This document shows, in pieces, positions 8,472-16,332 of a stretch of DNA of 56,663 nucleotides. The position numbers and the translations under genes are program-made. Position 1 is the stretch's first letter; each line of letters begins with the position of its first letter. The stretch lies in the IMG/VR virus record IMGVR_UViG_3300036792_000179, positions 1 through 56,663 of that record; one strand, 5' to 3'. The notes beneath the pieces were generated by a model. It was not told where the DNA came from. It did no database searches and worked only from the letters and a program-made list of their open reading frames with translations. The stretch comes from a virus. Lineage: Duplodnaviria > Caudoviricetes.

Positions 8472-8902
8472 TGCCCCGCCCAGCCCCCAACCGCCCTCTC
8501 ACCCAGCGTGACCACGCACTGATCAAAGCCCTACGAGAGGCAGTAGAGGAGGGCGTGCCGGTGGCTGAAGCTGCGGTGATCGCCGACACGCGATTCCTAC
8601 GCCGAGTCTTCAGCCGCATACGCGAACACGGCTTCGTGATCGGTGAACAGCACGAGCGCTACTTCATCGTCATCGACCCTGAGCGAACCGTCAGTAACTC
8701 GCCGGAGCAGCTCGCCAAGCCGTCCTCCCCCGACGGTCGAGCGGCGGACCTGTCACCGGCCTCGGCCGGGGTTCCGCGTAAGGCTCGGGTGCTCCCAGGC
8801 GACGCAGGGCTCATAACCCGAGCGTCTGCTGACGGTTCGCTGAGTGCCGAGGGCAGGCTTTTCGAGCTGCCGGCGAGGAAGCACTTCGAGGAGGCGGCGT
8901 AG
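8471..8902 (+). CDS. Putative HTH protein carrying an in-frame structured-RNA insert
   Basis: N-terminal RPLTQRD..LIKAL; codons at 8682-8841 form nested stems. Confidence 0.6.
   Translation: MPRPAPNRPLTQRDHALIKALREAVEEGVPVAEAAVIADTRFLRRVFSRIREHGFVIGEQHERYFIVIDPERTVSNSPEQLAKPSSPDGRAADLSPASAGVPRKARVLPGDAGLITRASADGSLSAEGRLFELPARKHFEEAA
8682..8841 (+). ncRNA. tRNA-fMet-derived expanded structured RNA (candidate)
   Basis: 15-bp closing stem; GGAGCAGCTCG...GTAAGGCTCG D-arm halves; GGG-CTCATAA-CCC anticodon arm; GACGGTTCG T-arm half. Confidence 0.55.
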
Positions 8903-9169
8903 ATGCCCTCCCGCAAGCCCCTCACGAAGCGCCAGCGCGAAGCTCTGCGTCTGATCTTCGTCTGCGAAAGCAGCGGCGACGGGTGGGCTATCGTCAGCAC
9001 GGACGCGACAGCGAAGATCGACGGCCAGGCGTGGATTCACTGGCGCACAGTTCTCGCGGTTCATCGGCGCGGCCTTGTCGAAGACGAGTACAACCTGTCG
9101 CCGGAAGAGTGGGACGAAGACGCGCGGGTCCGGCTGACGAGCGCTGGCAGGGAGGCTCTGGGTGCCTAA
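8903..9169 (+). CDS. Winged-helix-like small protein
   Basis: KPLTKRQREALRLI...RRGLV...RLTSAGREAL. Confidence 0.65.
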   Translation: MPSRKPLTKRQREALRLIFVCESSGDGWAIVSTDATAKIDGQAWIHWRTVLAVHRRGLVEDEYNLSPEEWDEDARVRLTSAGREALGA

Positions 9170-9326
9170 CCCCAAGCCCCTCACCCCAAAACGTGACATC
9201 ACAGCGCCCCTAGCTCAGATGCCAAGGCGCGCCGATAGGAGCGGTCTGGACCCAGGTGGCTCCGCACAAGAGCACCCGTCTTTCAAGCGGGAGGACCCGG
9301 CAGTGGCAAGCCGGGGGGCGCTGTGA
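9162..9326 (+). CDS. 54-aa ORF spanning the tRNA-like element
   Basis: RBS GGAGG at 9151, GTG start, MPNPKPLTP...; TGA overlaps the next GTG. Confidence 0.45.
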   Translation: MPNPKPLTPKRDITAPLAQMPRRADRSGLDPGGSAQEHPSFKREDPAVASRGAL

Positions 9327-9351
9327 TGTCACGAACCAAGCCCCTCACCCC
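9172..9351. repeat. 16-bp direct repeats flanking the tRNA-like element
   Basis: CCAAGCCCCTCACCCC at 9172-9187 and 9336-9351. Confidence 0.9.
9192..9333 (+). ncRNA. tRNA-Glu(UUC)-like RNA with 53-nt D-loop and acceptor stem extended to 19 bp
   Basis: Acceptor GCGCCCC/GGGGCGC; D-stem GCTC/GAGC; anticodon arm CCCGT-CTTTCAA-GCGGG; variable loop AGGAC; T-arm CCGGC-AGTGGCAA-GCCGG; flanks CGTGACATCACA/TGTGATGTCACG. Confidence 0.75.
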
Positions 9352-9598
9352 CGAGATGGTGCGCGACTGGATCGCAACGCGGCTGTTTGATCTGAGCGCC
9401 CGTCTGTTCGCCGCTGCTGAGAGCCTGCGCACCAAGGGACCGACGTGTGCCGACTGCGAGCTTGGGGAGATCGTGGACGGCCGTTGCGCGGTCTGCGATG
9501 AGCGCAACGCTCGGGACCGCGAAATGGGCCGAGCGGAAGAAGCTGCCGCGCACAAGGCGTGGGCCGAGGCAGAGCAGGAGTTCGCGCATGGCTTCTAA
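9323..9598 (+). CDS. Small zinc-finger protein
   Basis: KPLTPEMVR N-terminus; CADC...CAVC. Confidence 0.65.
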   Translation: MMSRTKPLTPEMVRDWIATRLFDLSARLFAAAESLRTKGPTCADCELGEIVDGRCAVCDERNARDREMGRAEEAAAHKAWAEAEQEFAHGF

Positions 9599-9824
9599 GC
9601 CCTTGACACCAGAGATGGTGCGCATCCTGCGGGCTGCGCGGGATGGGCGGCTGGGATTCGACGCTCAGCGTCGACGGTGGTACATAGACGACGAACTTGG
9701 GCCATTCCCCGCCGAGCTAAGTGCCTTGGTCCCACGCTTCGTTGTAGTCTTTGACGGAGGCCCAGCTTTGTCCGCATACGGCCGCGAAGCCCTCCAAGAC
9801 ATCGAAGCGCAGGAGGGGTCGTGA
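9588..9824 (+). CDS. Winged-helix-like small protein
   Basis: MASKPLTPEMVRILRAA...LSAYGREAL; RBS AGGAG. Confidence 0.65.
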   Translation: MASKPLTPEMVRILRAARDGRLGFDAQRRRWYIDDELGPFPAELSALVPRFVVVFDGGPALSAYGREALQDIEAQEGS

Positions 9825-10180
9825 TGCGCTGGATCGTCGTGCGCCACCTTCCGCAAGACGGCACCCTCCAGACCGACTGCGCGATAGTCACCGCTGACGA
9901 GGCCGCCAGAGCTGCAGAGGAGGGCGCTAGAGCGCTGATCGCGGAAGCCCCGCTCGAGGTCGGAGACTCACTCGACGAAGTAGTTGCGGTGATCGCAGTC
10001 GACGAGCGGCGAGCTCCCGAGTGGTTCCGATTCGACCTCAACGCCGAACGGTGCGAGCTGCAGTGCTGCGGTGGTGCACCGACGGACGACGGCCATAGTG
10101 GCTACTGCGAACTTCACGAGGACGGCAAGACGCCGTCCTCCACAGACATGGATGTCGAGGAGCGAGAGACGATGGCGTAG
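9821..10180 (+). CDS. Hypothetical protein
   Basis: RBS GGAGG; coupled. Confidence 0.6.
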   Translation: MMRWIVVRHLPQDGTLQTDCAIVTADEAARAAEEGARALIAEAPLEVGDSLDEVVAVIAVDERRAPEWFRFDLNAERCELQCCGGAPTDDGHSGYCELHEDGKTPSSTDMDVEERETMA

Positions 10181-10501
10181 ATGCCGTGGGTCAGGCTCGA
10201 CGACAGCTTCTACTCGCACCCGAAGGTGGTCAGCGCGGGCGCCGAGGCAGTCGGTCTCTACGTGATGGCGCTCACCTACGCCTCGCACCATTTGACCGAC
10301 GGTCACGTGCCGGCGGCATGGGTCCGCGAGAAGGTGGGCGCGAAGACGCGCAAGCTCACAGCTGCACTCGTCGAGCACAGCTTGTGGTCGGAGAACGGCA
10401 CCGGCTGGGTCATTCACGACTACCTCGAGTACAACCCCTCACGCGAGAGCATCGAGGACAAACGGCGCAAGGACGCTGCACGGAAGTCGGGTGGATCGTG
10501 A
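10181..10501 (+). CDS. Replication initiator / replisome organizer N-terminal wHTH domain
   Basis: MPWVRLDDSFYSHPKV...AVGLY...TDGHVP...LW...GWVIHDYLEYNPSR. Confidence 0.8.
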   Translation: MPWVRLDDSFYSHPKVVSAGAEAVGLYVMALTYASHHLTDGHVPAAWVREKVGAKTRKLTAALVEHSLWSENGTGWVIHDYLEYNPSRESIEDKRRKDAARKSGGS

Positions 10502-10688
10502 CGGGACTCCGCACGGATTCCAAACGGAGCAAACGTGGATGCCTCGCGTACGCGTACGAGCGCCTACGCGCGCACGCATCGCGCGGTCCCGAGCCCATAC
10601 CCGGAATACAGCTCTCCACGTCCCTTCACTGCGCTTGCCTAGCTCTAGATCTCCCACCTGTTGTCGCGCGAGCGGTGGGAACCGAATC

Positions 10689-11096
10689 ATGAGCGCCCTG
10701 GAGTTCAACTTCCGTCGGCAGCCTGAACGCGAGCAGTGGTCAGGCCGATGGGTGCGAGGGATCGAGCTTGAGGATCAGCGCATCAGTGAGCGAGCCGCGA
10801 AGCAACGCAAGAACAACAAGCAAGCGAGTCGACGTGCGATCGAGATCCATCGTCATCCGTCAGGCCGCTTGCTCGCCGCTTGGACGCCGGTCCAAGCTGC
10901 ACTCCGCGCGGAGCTGGACGAGTCCGTATTCAACATGTGGATTGCCCACCTCCATCCCCACTCGCTCGTCGGGGGCGTGTGGACGCTCGCGGCTCCCCGC
11001 ATTGCCGCAAGCTGGATCGAGGACCGCTTTGGCCGCGTCGTTGAGGCGTGCGCCGGGCGACCGTGCGTCTACGTCATCTGCGGTGGTGCGGCGTGA
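10689..11096 (+). CDS. DnaA N-terminal-domain-like replication protein (helicase recruitment)
   Basis: WTPVQAALRAELDESVFNMWIAHLHP...LAAP...WIEDRFG. Confidence 0.7.
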   Translation: MSALEFNFRRQPEREQWSGRWVRGIELEDQRISERAAKQRKNNKQASRRAIEIHRHPSGRLLAAWTPVQAALRAELDESVFNMWIAHLHPHSLVGGVWTLAAPRIAASWIEDRFGRVVEACAGRPCVYVICGGAA

Positions 11097-11470
11097 GCCA
11101 CATGATCTACCGCCCGGAGGTGATCGATCGCGCCAAGAAGCTCGCGGCGAGCGGATGGAATCCGTCGGAGATTCAGCGACTGCTCGAGCGGGAGCTCGGC
11201 GAGCGCCCAACCCGCGACACGATCAAGTGCTGGATAGATCCTGAGTTCGCCAAGCGCAGGTTCGCTCGCAAGGCTGCGTCGATGCGCCGGGCCTACCGCC
11301 CGCGTCCGCGACGGATTTCGCCAGATCTTCAGACCGAGCGCATGCTCGCACTGCGTGAGCGCGGGCTCAGCTTTGGCGCGATAGCGATCGTCAGCGAGGT
11401 GCTCTGGGACGCGCCGATTGCTGCTGAGCGGGTGCGCTATCGACTGCAGCGCCGGAAGGCGGCTGGGTGA
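11093..11470 (+). CDS. HTH DNA-binding protein
   Basis: Two HTH-like segments (SGWNPSEIQRLL; RGLSFGAIA). Confidence 0.65.
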   Translation: MSHMIYRPEVIDRAKKLAASGWNPSEIQRLLERELGERPTRDTIKCWIDPEFAKRRFARKAASMRRAYRPRPRRISPDLQTERMLALRERGLSFGAIAIVSEVLWDAPIAAERVRYRLQRRKAAG

Positions 11471-12582
11471 TGACTGCCACCGCAACGCGGCCCCCTCGCC
11501 GTCGGACTGCCAGTCGCCTGCCGGCCTCTGCCCGCCCGGATGTTGGAGGATGGCAGTCGATGAAGTTCTCGCAGGCGATCGAGCTGTACGTCAAGGACAT
11601 GCGGCGCTACGGCCGGATCAACTCCGATCGCACGGAGGACAGCTATCGCCACCGGCTCTACAAGCACGGCGAGGACATCGGCAATCGTGACCCGCGAACG
11701 GTCGGTCGCAACGACATCAAGCGCACGCTCTCGCGCTGGGAGGCAGCCAACACTCAACGCAACGCCCACGCGATCCTGATCAGCTTCTACGACTGGTCGA
11801 TGGAGGAGGGCCTGCGAAAAGATAACCCGGCTCGGCAGGTGCGCAAGGCGAAGAAGCGCGAGACCTCGGTATACCGACTGACCAAGAGCGAGGTCGTTTC
11901 CCTGATCGACGCATGCCAAACCCAGCGCGAGCGGCGCGTGATCGTGCTCGGCGTCTGCGAGGGCGTGCGCAACCAAGAGATGCGTGGCCTTCGCGGCGAG
12001 CACTTCCAGCGACCTGGCTTCGTCTGGGTCAGTCCCGATATCGGGAAGGGCAAACGCGAACGCTGGCTCCCGGTCATTCCCGAGGCGCAGGAGGTTGTCG
12101 ATGAGATCTGCGCGGAGGTCGACCTCGACGACTTCATCTTGCCGGCACGGCGCCCGAGCAACCCGCCGTGGAATACGCGGTGGAAGGAGTACCCAGCCAA
12201 GCCCTCGAGCCCACAGTCGATCTGGCGACTCGTCGGCGATGTGGCTGCTCGGGCGGGCATCGCCGCGCACATCCACCCGCACCTTCTGCGCCATGCCTAC
12301 GGCGATCACGTCGCCAAGTACGCCGGTCTTCGTGCCGCCCAGGCACTCCTCGGCCACGCATCCGTCGACACCACAGCATCGACCTACGTCGACAAGCCGG
12401 GGCTCGACGAGCTCTCAGTCAGCGTCCACGGCTTCTCCTACCGTGGAGCTATGGACGGCTACCCCCGCGCAGAACACCCCGCAATCCCGCAATCCGACCC
12501 GACTGGACTCCAACCGGTGGATGCGTCCAAAGACGCTGTAGAGCCGAATCCAGACGGGAAGGTGGAGGGGGAGGGCAGCTAA
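11467..12582 (+). CDS. int: Tyrosine integrase/recombinase (ATG 11560 is an alternative start)
   Basis: Catalytic set GVRNQE, GKGKRER, HPHLLRH, LLGHASVDTT...Y. Confidence 0.93.
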   Translation: MMTATATRPPRRRTASRLPASARPDVGGWQSMKFSQAIELYVKDMRRYGRINSDRTEDSYRHRLYKHGEDIGNRDPRTVGRNDIKRTLSRWEAANTQRNAHAILISFYDWSMEEGLRKDNPARQVRKAKKRETSVYRLTKSEVVSLIDACQTQRERRVIVLGVCEGVRNQEMRGLRGEHFQRPGFVWVSPDIGKGKRERWLPVIPEAQEVVDEICAEVDLDDFILPARRPSNPPWNTRWKEYPAKPSSPQSIWRLVGDVAARAGIAAHIHPHLLRHAYGDHVAKYAGLRAAQALLGHASVDTTASTYVDKPGLDELSVSVHGFSYRGAMDGYPRAEHPAIPQSDPTGLQPVDASKDAVEPNPDGKVEGEGS

Positions 12583-13017
12583 ATGCCCTACAAGGACCCC
12601 GCAAAGAAGCGCAAAGCGCAGCGTGAGTGGATCGCGCGCAGACGTGCCGAATGGCTTGAGGGTAAGTCCTGTGTGGACTGCGGCTCAACGGAGAACCTTG
12701 AGCTGGATCACGTCGACCCAGCCGAGAAGATCCACCACGCGATCTGGTCGTGGTCGAAGGTCCGGCGCGACGCTGAGATCGCCAAGTGCGTTCCTCGCTG
12801 CGCCGAGTGCCATCACGAGCGCCACGCGTCCGAACGTCGCAGCCACGGACATGGTGGCTACACGCGTGGCTGCCGCTGCGAGGTCTGCAAGGCGGCGAAG
12901 AGGCGAGGACGCGAATCGAACGCGCGTAAACGGCTTTGCAGGCCGCTGCCTAACCACTCGGCCACCTCGCCAGAGCAGGCATCCTACTCTCAGCTCGAAC
13001 TCGGCGAGGCCGCCTGA
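12583..13017 (+). CDS. HNH endonuclease; C-terminus is the antisense reading of tRNA-Cys
   Basis: MPYKDP...CVDCGSTENLELDH...KCVPRCAECH...CRCEVC. Confidence 0.8.
   Translation: MPYKDPAKKRKAQREWIARRRAEWLEGKSCVDCGSTENLELDHVDPAEKIHHAIWSWSKVRRDAEIAKCVPRCAECHHERHASERRSHGHGGYTRGCRCEVCKAAKRRGRESNARKRLCRPLPNHSATSPEQASYSQLELGEAA
12901..12971 (-). tRNA. tRNA-Cys(GCA)
   Basis: Reverse complement GGCGAGG TG GCC GAGTGGTTA GGC A GCGGC CTGCAAA GCCGT TTAC GCGCG TTCGATT CGCGT CCTCGCC T; U73 discriminator; -10 TAGGAT at 12986-12981. Confidence 0.9.
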
Positions 13018-13184
13018 TGCGCTCGCTACTCATGGCACGGACCCAGGACGATGAGTCCGAGGGCGTCGTCGTCAACACCGACAATCCGCGTGTCGTCGTG
13101 CTCGAACTGCATGACGGCAAGACGCTGGCGCTCGACCCTGTCGAGTTGCGGTCCTCAATCGAGTCGAAGCGGGTCGCGGCATGA
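13017..13184 (+). CDS. Small hypothetical protein (55 aa)
   Basis: TGATG and ATGA coupling; MRSLLMARTQDD... Confidence 0.6.
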   Translation: MRSLLMARTQDDESEGVVVNTDNPRVVVLELHDGKTLALDPVELRSSIESKRVAA

Positions 13185-13453
13185 TCGGCGTCCGACTCCA
13201 AGGGGGACCGTTCGACGGCGACCGTCAACAGATGGCCGATCTGCTTACGGGCGACCTGCCAGCGACGCTCTGGGTAGCGCGCCGCGCCGATGATCCCGAG
13301 TTCGTCGAATGGTTCGCCGACCCGGTTGACGGCGCCGAGGTCTACGGCCGCGATGAAGAAGACGAGCACGGCTGGCTCATCTACCTCTACACCGACGAAG
13401 ACGCCGAGCGCCACCTGAAGGTCGTTGAGGCTGTCTCGGGAGCCGGCCAATGA
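13181..13453 (+). CDS. Hypothetical protein
   Basis: LQGGPFDG motif; coupled. Confidence 0.65.
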   Translation: MIGVRLQGGPFDGDRQQMADLLTGDLPATLWVARRADDPEFVEWFADPVDGAEVYGRDEEDEHGWLIYLYTDEDAERHLKVVEAVSGAGQ

Positions 13454-13710
13454 GTGCCGACCAGCTCGAGCTCCCGATCGACGTCGAATTGCGACCGACG
13501 CCTGCGATGCGCAGCGGCAAGAGCCGGGTCGACCAATGCTCGTGGTGTGGAACGCTGGTCTGTGTCGATACTGCGCGCGCCGCGCTAGGCGCTTGTCCGG
13601 TATGTGGCTGCGAGAAGTGGTGGAAGCAGGACCGCGCTCCATTCGATCGCTCGCACTGGTCCGGGCCGTTCTACCACTGCCCGCCTGACGGCGAGAAGGC
13701 ACGAGCGTGA
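13450..13710 (+). CDS. Zinc-ribbon protein
   Basis: CSWCG...CPVCG. Confidence 0.6.
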   Translation: MSADQLELPIDVELRPTPAMRSGKSRVDQCSWCGTLVCVDTARAALGACPVCGCEKWWKQDRAPFDRSHWSGPFYHCPPDGEKARA

Positions 13711-14045
13711 CCCAGCTCGCCCCCCAGTCCGAGGCGCAGTTCCAGAAGGCTGTGATCGGCTTCGCCCGACTGAACAACTGGCGCGTAGCCCACTTCCACG
13801 ACAGCCGCCGTCAGGTAGGCGACAGGCTCGTAGGCGACAAGGACGCAGCTGGCTTTCCTGACCTCGTGCTTGCACGCAAAGGGCGTGTGATCTTCGCTGA
13901 GCTGAAGACGCAGATCGGCAAGCTCAAACGAGAGCAATGCGAGTGGCTGGCGGAGCTGGGCATTGGCGGCCACCTCGCCCCGCACTGCATGACCTTCCTC
14001 TGGCGCCCCAGTGACTGGGATGAGATTGCGGCGGTGCTGCGGTGA
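13707..14045 (+). CDS. VRR-NUC domain nuclease (Holliday junction resolvase-like)
   Basis: SEAQFQ...GFPDLVL...FAELK...Q.EWL...WRPSDW. Confidence 0.88.
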   Translation: MTQLAPQSEAQFQKAVIGFARLNNWRVAHFHDSRRQVGDRLVGDKDAAGFPDLVLARKGRVIFAELKTQIGKLKREQCEWLAELGIGGHLAPHCMTFLWRPSDWDEIAAVLR

Positions 14046-14440
14046 GCGTGATGAACCCGTACCTGCTGATGGAAGAGGCAGACCGCATGGCCAGGGCAGC
14101 CGCCGCACGTTCCTCAAAGGCGCAGGCGATGCTCAAGAACCTCTCGCAGCCGATGAGCCGCAAGGGGCGTGACCAGCTCCTAAGCGCGCTCAAAAGCAAC
14201 CTGCAGGCGCTTGACGCCGATTTGAACCCGGCATGGCTCGTCCAGCACCGCCAGAGCGAGGCGATCGCGCACCCGCGTGTTCACCAGGCCCGTAAAGACG
14301 CTCCCCCAGAGGGCCTTGTCTGCAAAAAGTGCGGCCGGGAGTGCGCTCCGGAGGCGTTCTTCTTCGATGACGGGCAGGGCACCTACGGATACACCGAGCG
14401 GTGTGCAGAGTGCCGCCCGGCGCGGAAGAGAAAGCGATGA
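14042..14440 (+). CDS. Zinc-finger protein
   Basis: CKKCG...CAEC; coupled. Confidence 0.55.
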   Translation: MSVMNPYLLMEEADRMARAAAARSSKAQAMLKNLSQPMSRKGRDQLLSALKSNLQALDADLNPAWLVQHRQSEAIAHPRVHQARKDAPPEGLVCKKCGRECAPEAFFFDDGQGTYGYTERCAECRPARKRKR

Positions 14441-14901
14441 CCGAGCGCCTCTGCGCCTGTCCCTGCAAACGCTCCCTGGAGGGGATGCGCAAGGACGCGC
14501 GCTGGTACTCCAGGGCCTGCGCCGTGCGCTGGAGCAGGGAAAACCCCGGCAGAAGTCTGAATGAGGCTCATAGTGCGAACAAAGCCCGAACACATACTGC
14601 CTCCGAACGTGGAGTGCAACTCTCGTACTACCGCGCGTTCAAATCGCTGACTGCGCACACCGATCTCGATGACTGTGCGATCGAGGCGCCACTAAGGGAT
14701 GCGCTGCCGCCGGCACAGCTCAGCCTGAGCACAGGTAGAAGCGAACCGATCAAAGGAGGCAGCTTGACGGTGCTCGGGAAAATCGCTCTCTGCGTCGGGG
14801 TGGTCGTGGTCTGCGTCCTGCTCATGCTCGGCCTCGACGTCGCCCTGACGCTCCTCGTCCACGGGGAAATGTGCATCTCCTCGGCTGGGAAATGTCCGTG
14901 A
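14437..14901 (+). CDS. Hypothetical protein (Cys-rich N-terminus, C-terminal TM helix)
   Basis: CACPC...YSRAC; hydrophobic tail. Confidence 0.5.
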   Translation: MTERLCACPCKRSLEGMRKDARWYSRACAVRWSRENPGRSLNEAHSANKARTHTASERGVQLSYYRAFKSLTAHTDLDDCAIEAPLRDALPPAQLSLSTGRSEPIKGGSLTVLGKIALCVGVVVVCVLLMLGLDVALTLLVHGEMCISSAGKCP

Positions 14902-14931
14902 CTCCACACGCGATCAGAAAGGCGGTGGCAC

Positions 14932-15408
14932 ATGGCTGAGACGACGGAGGGCTACGACTCGACGATCGACACGCAGGAGCACCAGTACGCGGTCCAGGCG
15001 CAGCTGCTCCGCGTCGTGGACGGCCTGAAGGAGCGAGCGCGGGTTCACGACAAGAGCAAGCTTGAGCCGCCGGAGAAGGAAGTGTTCGACCGTGTCACAC
15101 CTCAGCTGGCCGGCTTGACCTACGGCAGCGACGAGTACAAGGCGGCGCTCGCCGACATGGGGCCGGCACTGGATCACCATTACGCCCACAATTCGCACCA
15201 CCCAGAGCACTTCAGCGAGGGCATCACCGGAATGTCGCTGCTCGACCTGATCGAGATGCTGTGTGACTGGAAGGCTGCAGGCGAACGTCACGACGACGGT
15301 GGCGACATCAATCGGAGTTTGAGCCTAAACCGTGGCCGCTTCGGAATATCTCCGCAGCTCGGCGACATCTTGGCTAACACGATCCGAGAGCTGTGGCCTG
15401 ATGCCTGA
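14932..15408 (+). CDS. DUF5662-type HD-like phosphohydrolase
   Basis: HDKSKLE...HHYAHNSHHPEHF...DLIEMLCDWKAA. Confidence 0.8.
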   Translation: MAETTEGYDSTIDTQEHQYAVQAQLLRVVDGLKERARVHDKSKLEPPEKEVFDRVTPQLAGLTYGSDEYKAALADMGPALDHHYAHNSHHPEHFSEGITGMSLLDLIEMLCDWKAAGERHDDGGDINRSLSLNRGRFGISPQLGDILANTIRELWPDA

Positions 15409-15610
15409 CTCCAACACCCACCACACGCAGTGGCAACACGATCACTCTTCGCCAGCACGCGTTTGGCAGAAGGGCACATACGAGATCGTGTGGGATCCGG
15501 CGGGAGAGACACCCGGCGCACCGGGCGGCTACTACCTCTGGGACGCGCATACGAAAGTCGGGATCTTCCCGTCGCTAGATGAGGCAAAGCGAGTCGCTGA
15601 TGCCCGTTGA
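15401..15610 (+). CDS. Small hypothetical protein (MPDSNTH...)
   Basis: Coupled; 5' motif shared with the next gene. Confidence 0.6.
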   Translation: MPDSNTHHTQWQHDHSSPARVWQKGTYEIVWDPAGETPGAPGGYYLWDAHTKVGIFPSLDEAKRVADAR

Positions 15611-15791
15611 CTCCAACACCCACCAGACGGAGCGCCGATGTCGCATCGCGTTCACTTCGCGCGAGCGGCCGATTTGCACATGCCGCGTCTCACCTCGGCG
15701 GTGTCCCGCTCATGCCGGGCCGGTCTGCACATGCCTAACGAATCAACGCGGCCGCTGTCCGCGACACAACGCACGAGGAGGCGCAGCATGA
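15600..15791 (+). CDS. Small Cys-rich protein (MPVDSNTH...)
   Basis: Repeated CTC...CP.H units. Confidence 0.55.
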   Translation: MPVDSNTHQTERRCRIAFTSRERPICTCRVSPRRCPAHAGPVCTCLTNQRGRCPRHNARGGAA

Positions 15792-16003
15792 CCGAACGTG
15801 TTGGCGGATCGTCCGGCCACGATGAATCACCGCGTTTCGCAGGTGGGACTGTAGAGAGGGCGCTAGCCGAGCAGGGGCACCTACCCGACGCGGAGCAGGC
15901 CGAGCGCGAATACAAGGAGACGCGCCAGCGGGTGATCGAGGGCCGGGCGTCGAGGGCTGAGGCGCAGGGGTTCATCGAGTTTCTCGAGGAGGCGATCCCG
16001 TGA
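15788..16003 (+). CDS. Small hypothetical protein
   Basis: RBS GAGGAGG; coupled. Confidence 0.6.
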   Translation: MTERVGGSSGHDESPRFAGGTVERALAEQGHLPDAEQAEREYKETRQRVIEGRASRAEAQGFIEFLEEAIP

Positions 16004-16332
16004 GCGACCACCACACAGAGCGGCCCACGGCGTATCGGAAGAAGCCCGTTGAGATAGAGGCGATGCGCCTTGGCAGCGAGAACGCAGGAGCGGTGGTGCA
16101 GTGGATCAACGGCCACTACGTGGACGGCGACGTCGCGTCGATGCGAGGTGGTCCGGGCGGCGGTAGCAAAGGCGGCAGCGTTCTCATCAGGACGCTGGAG
16201 GGTGTGATGACTGCAGCCCCGGGCGACTGGGTGATCCGAGGTGTCCAGCACGAGTTCTACCCGTGCAAGGCAGAGATATTTGCTGCCACGTACGAAGCCG
16301 TCGGGCAACCCACGACTGAGGAGAGGCGATGA
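16000..16332 (+). CDS. Conserved phage protein
   Basis: YRKKPVEIEA...TLEGVM.A.PGDWVIRGV..EFYPCK..IF..TYE. Confidence 0.85.
   Translation: MSDHHTERPTAYRKKPVEIEAMRLGSENAGAVVQWINGHYVDGDVASMRGGPGGGSKGGSVLIRTLEGVMTAAPGDWVIRGVQHEFYPCKAEIFAATYEAVGQPTTEERR

Noticed and set aside
11437-12357. 306-aa minus-strand ORF and similar long antisense ORFs elsewhere
   Set aside because: Antisense shadows of GC-rich genes, with no RBS, coupling or motifs.
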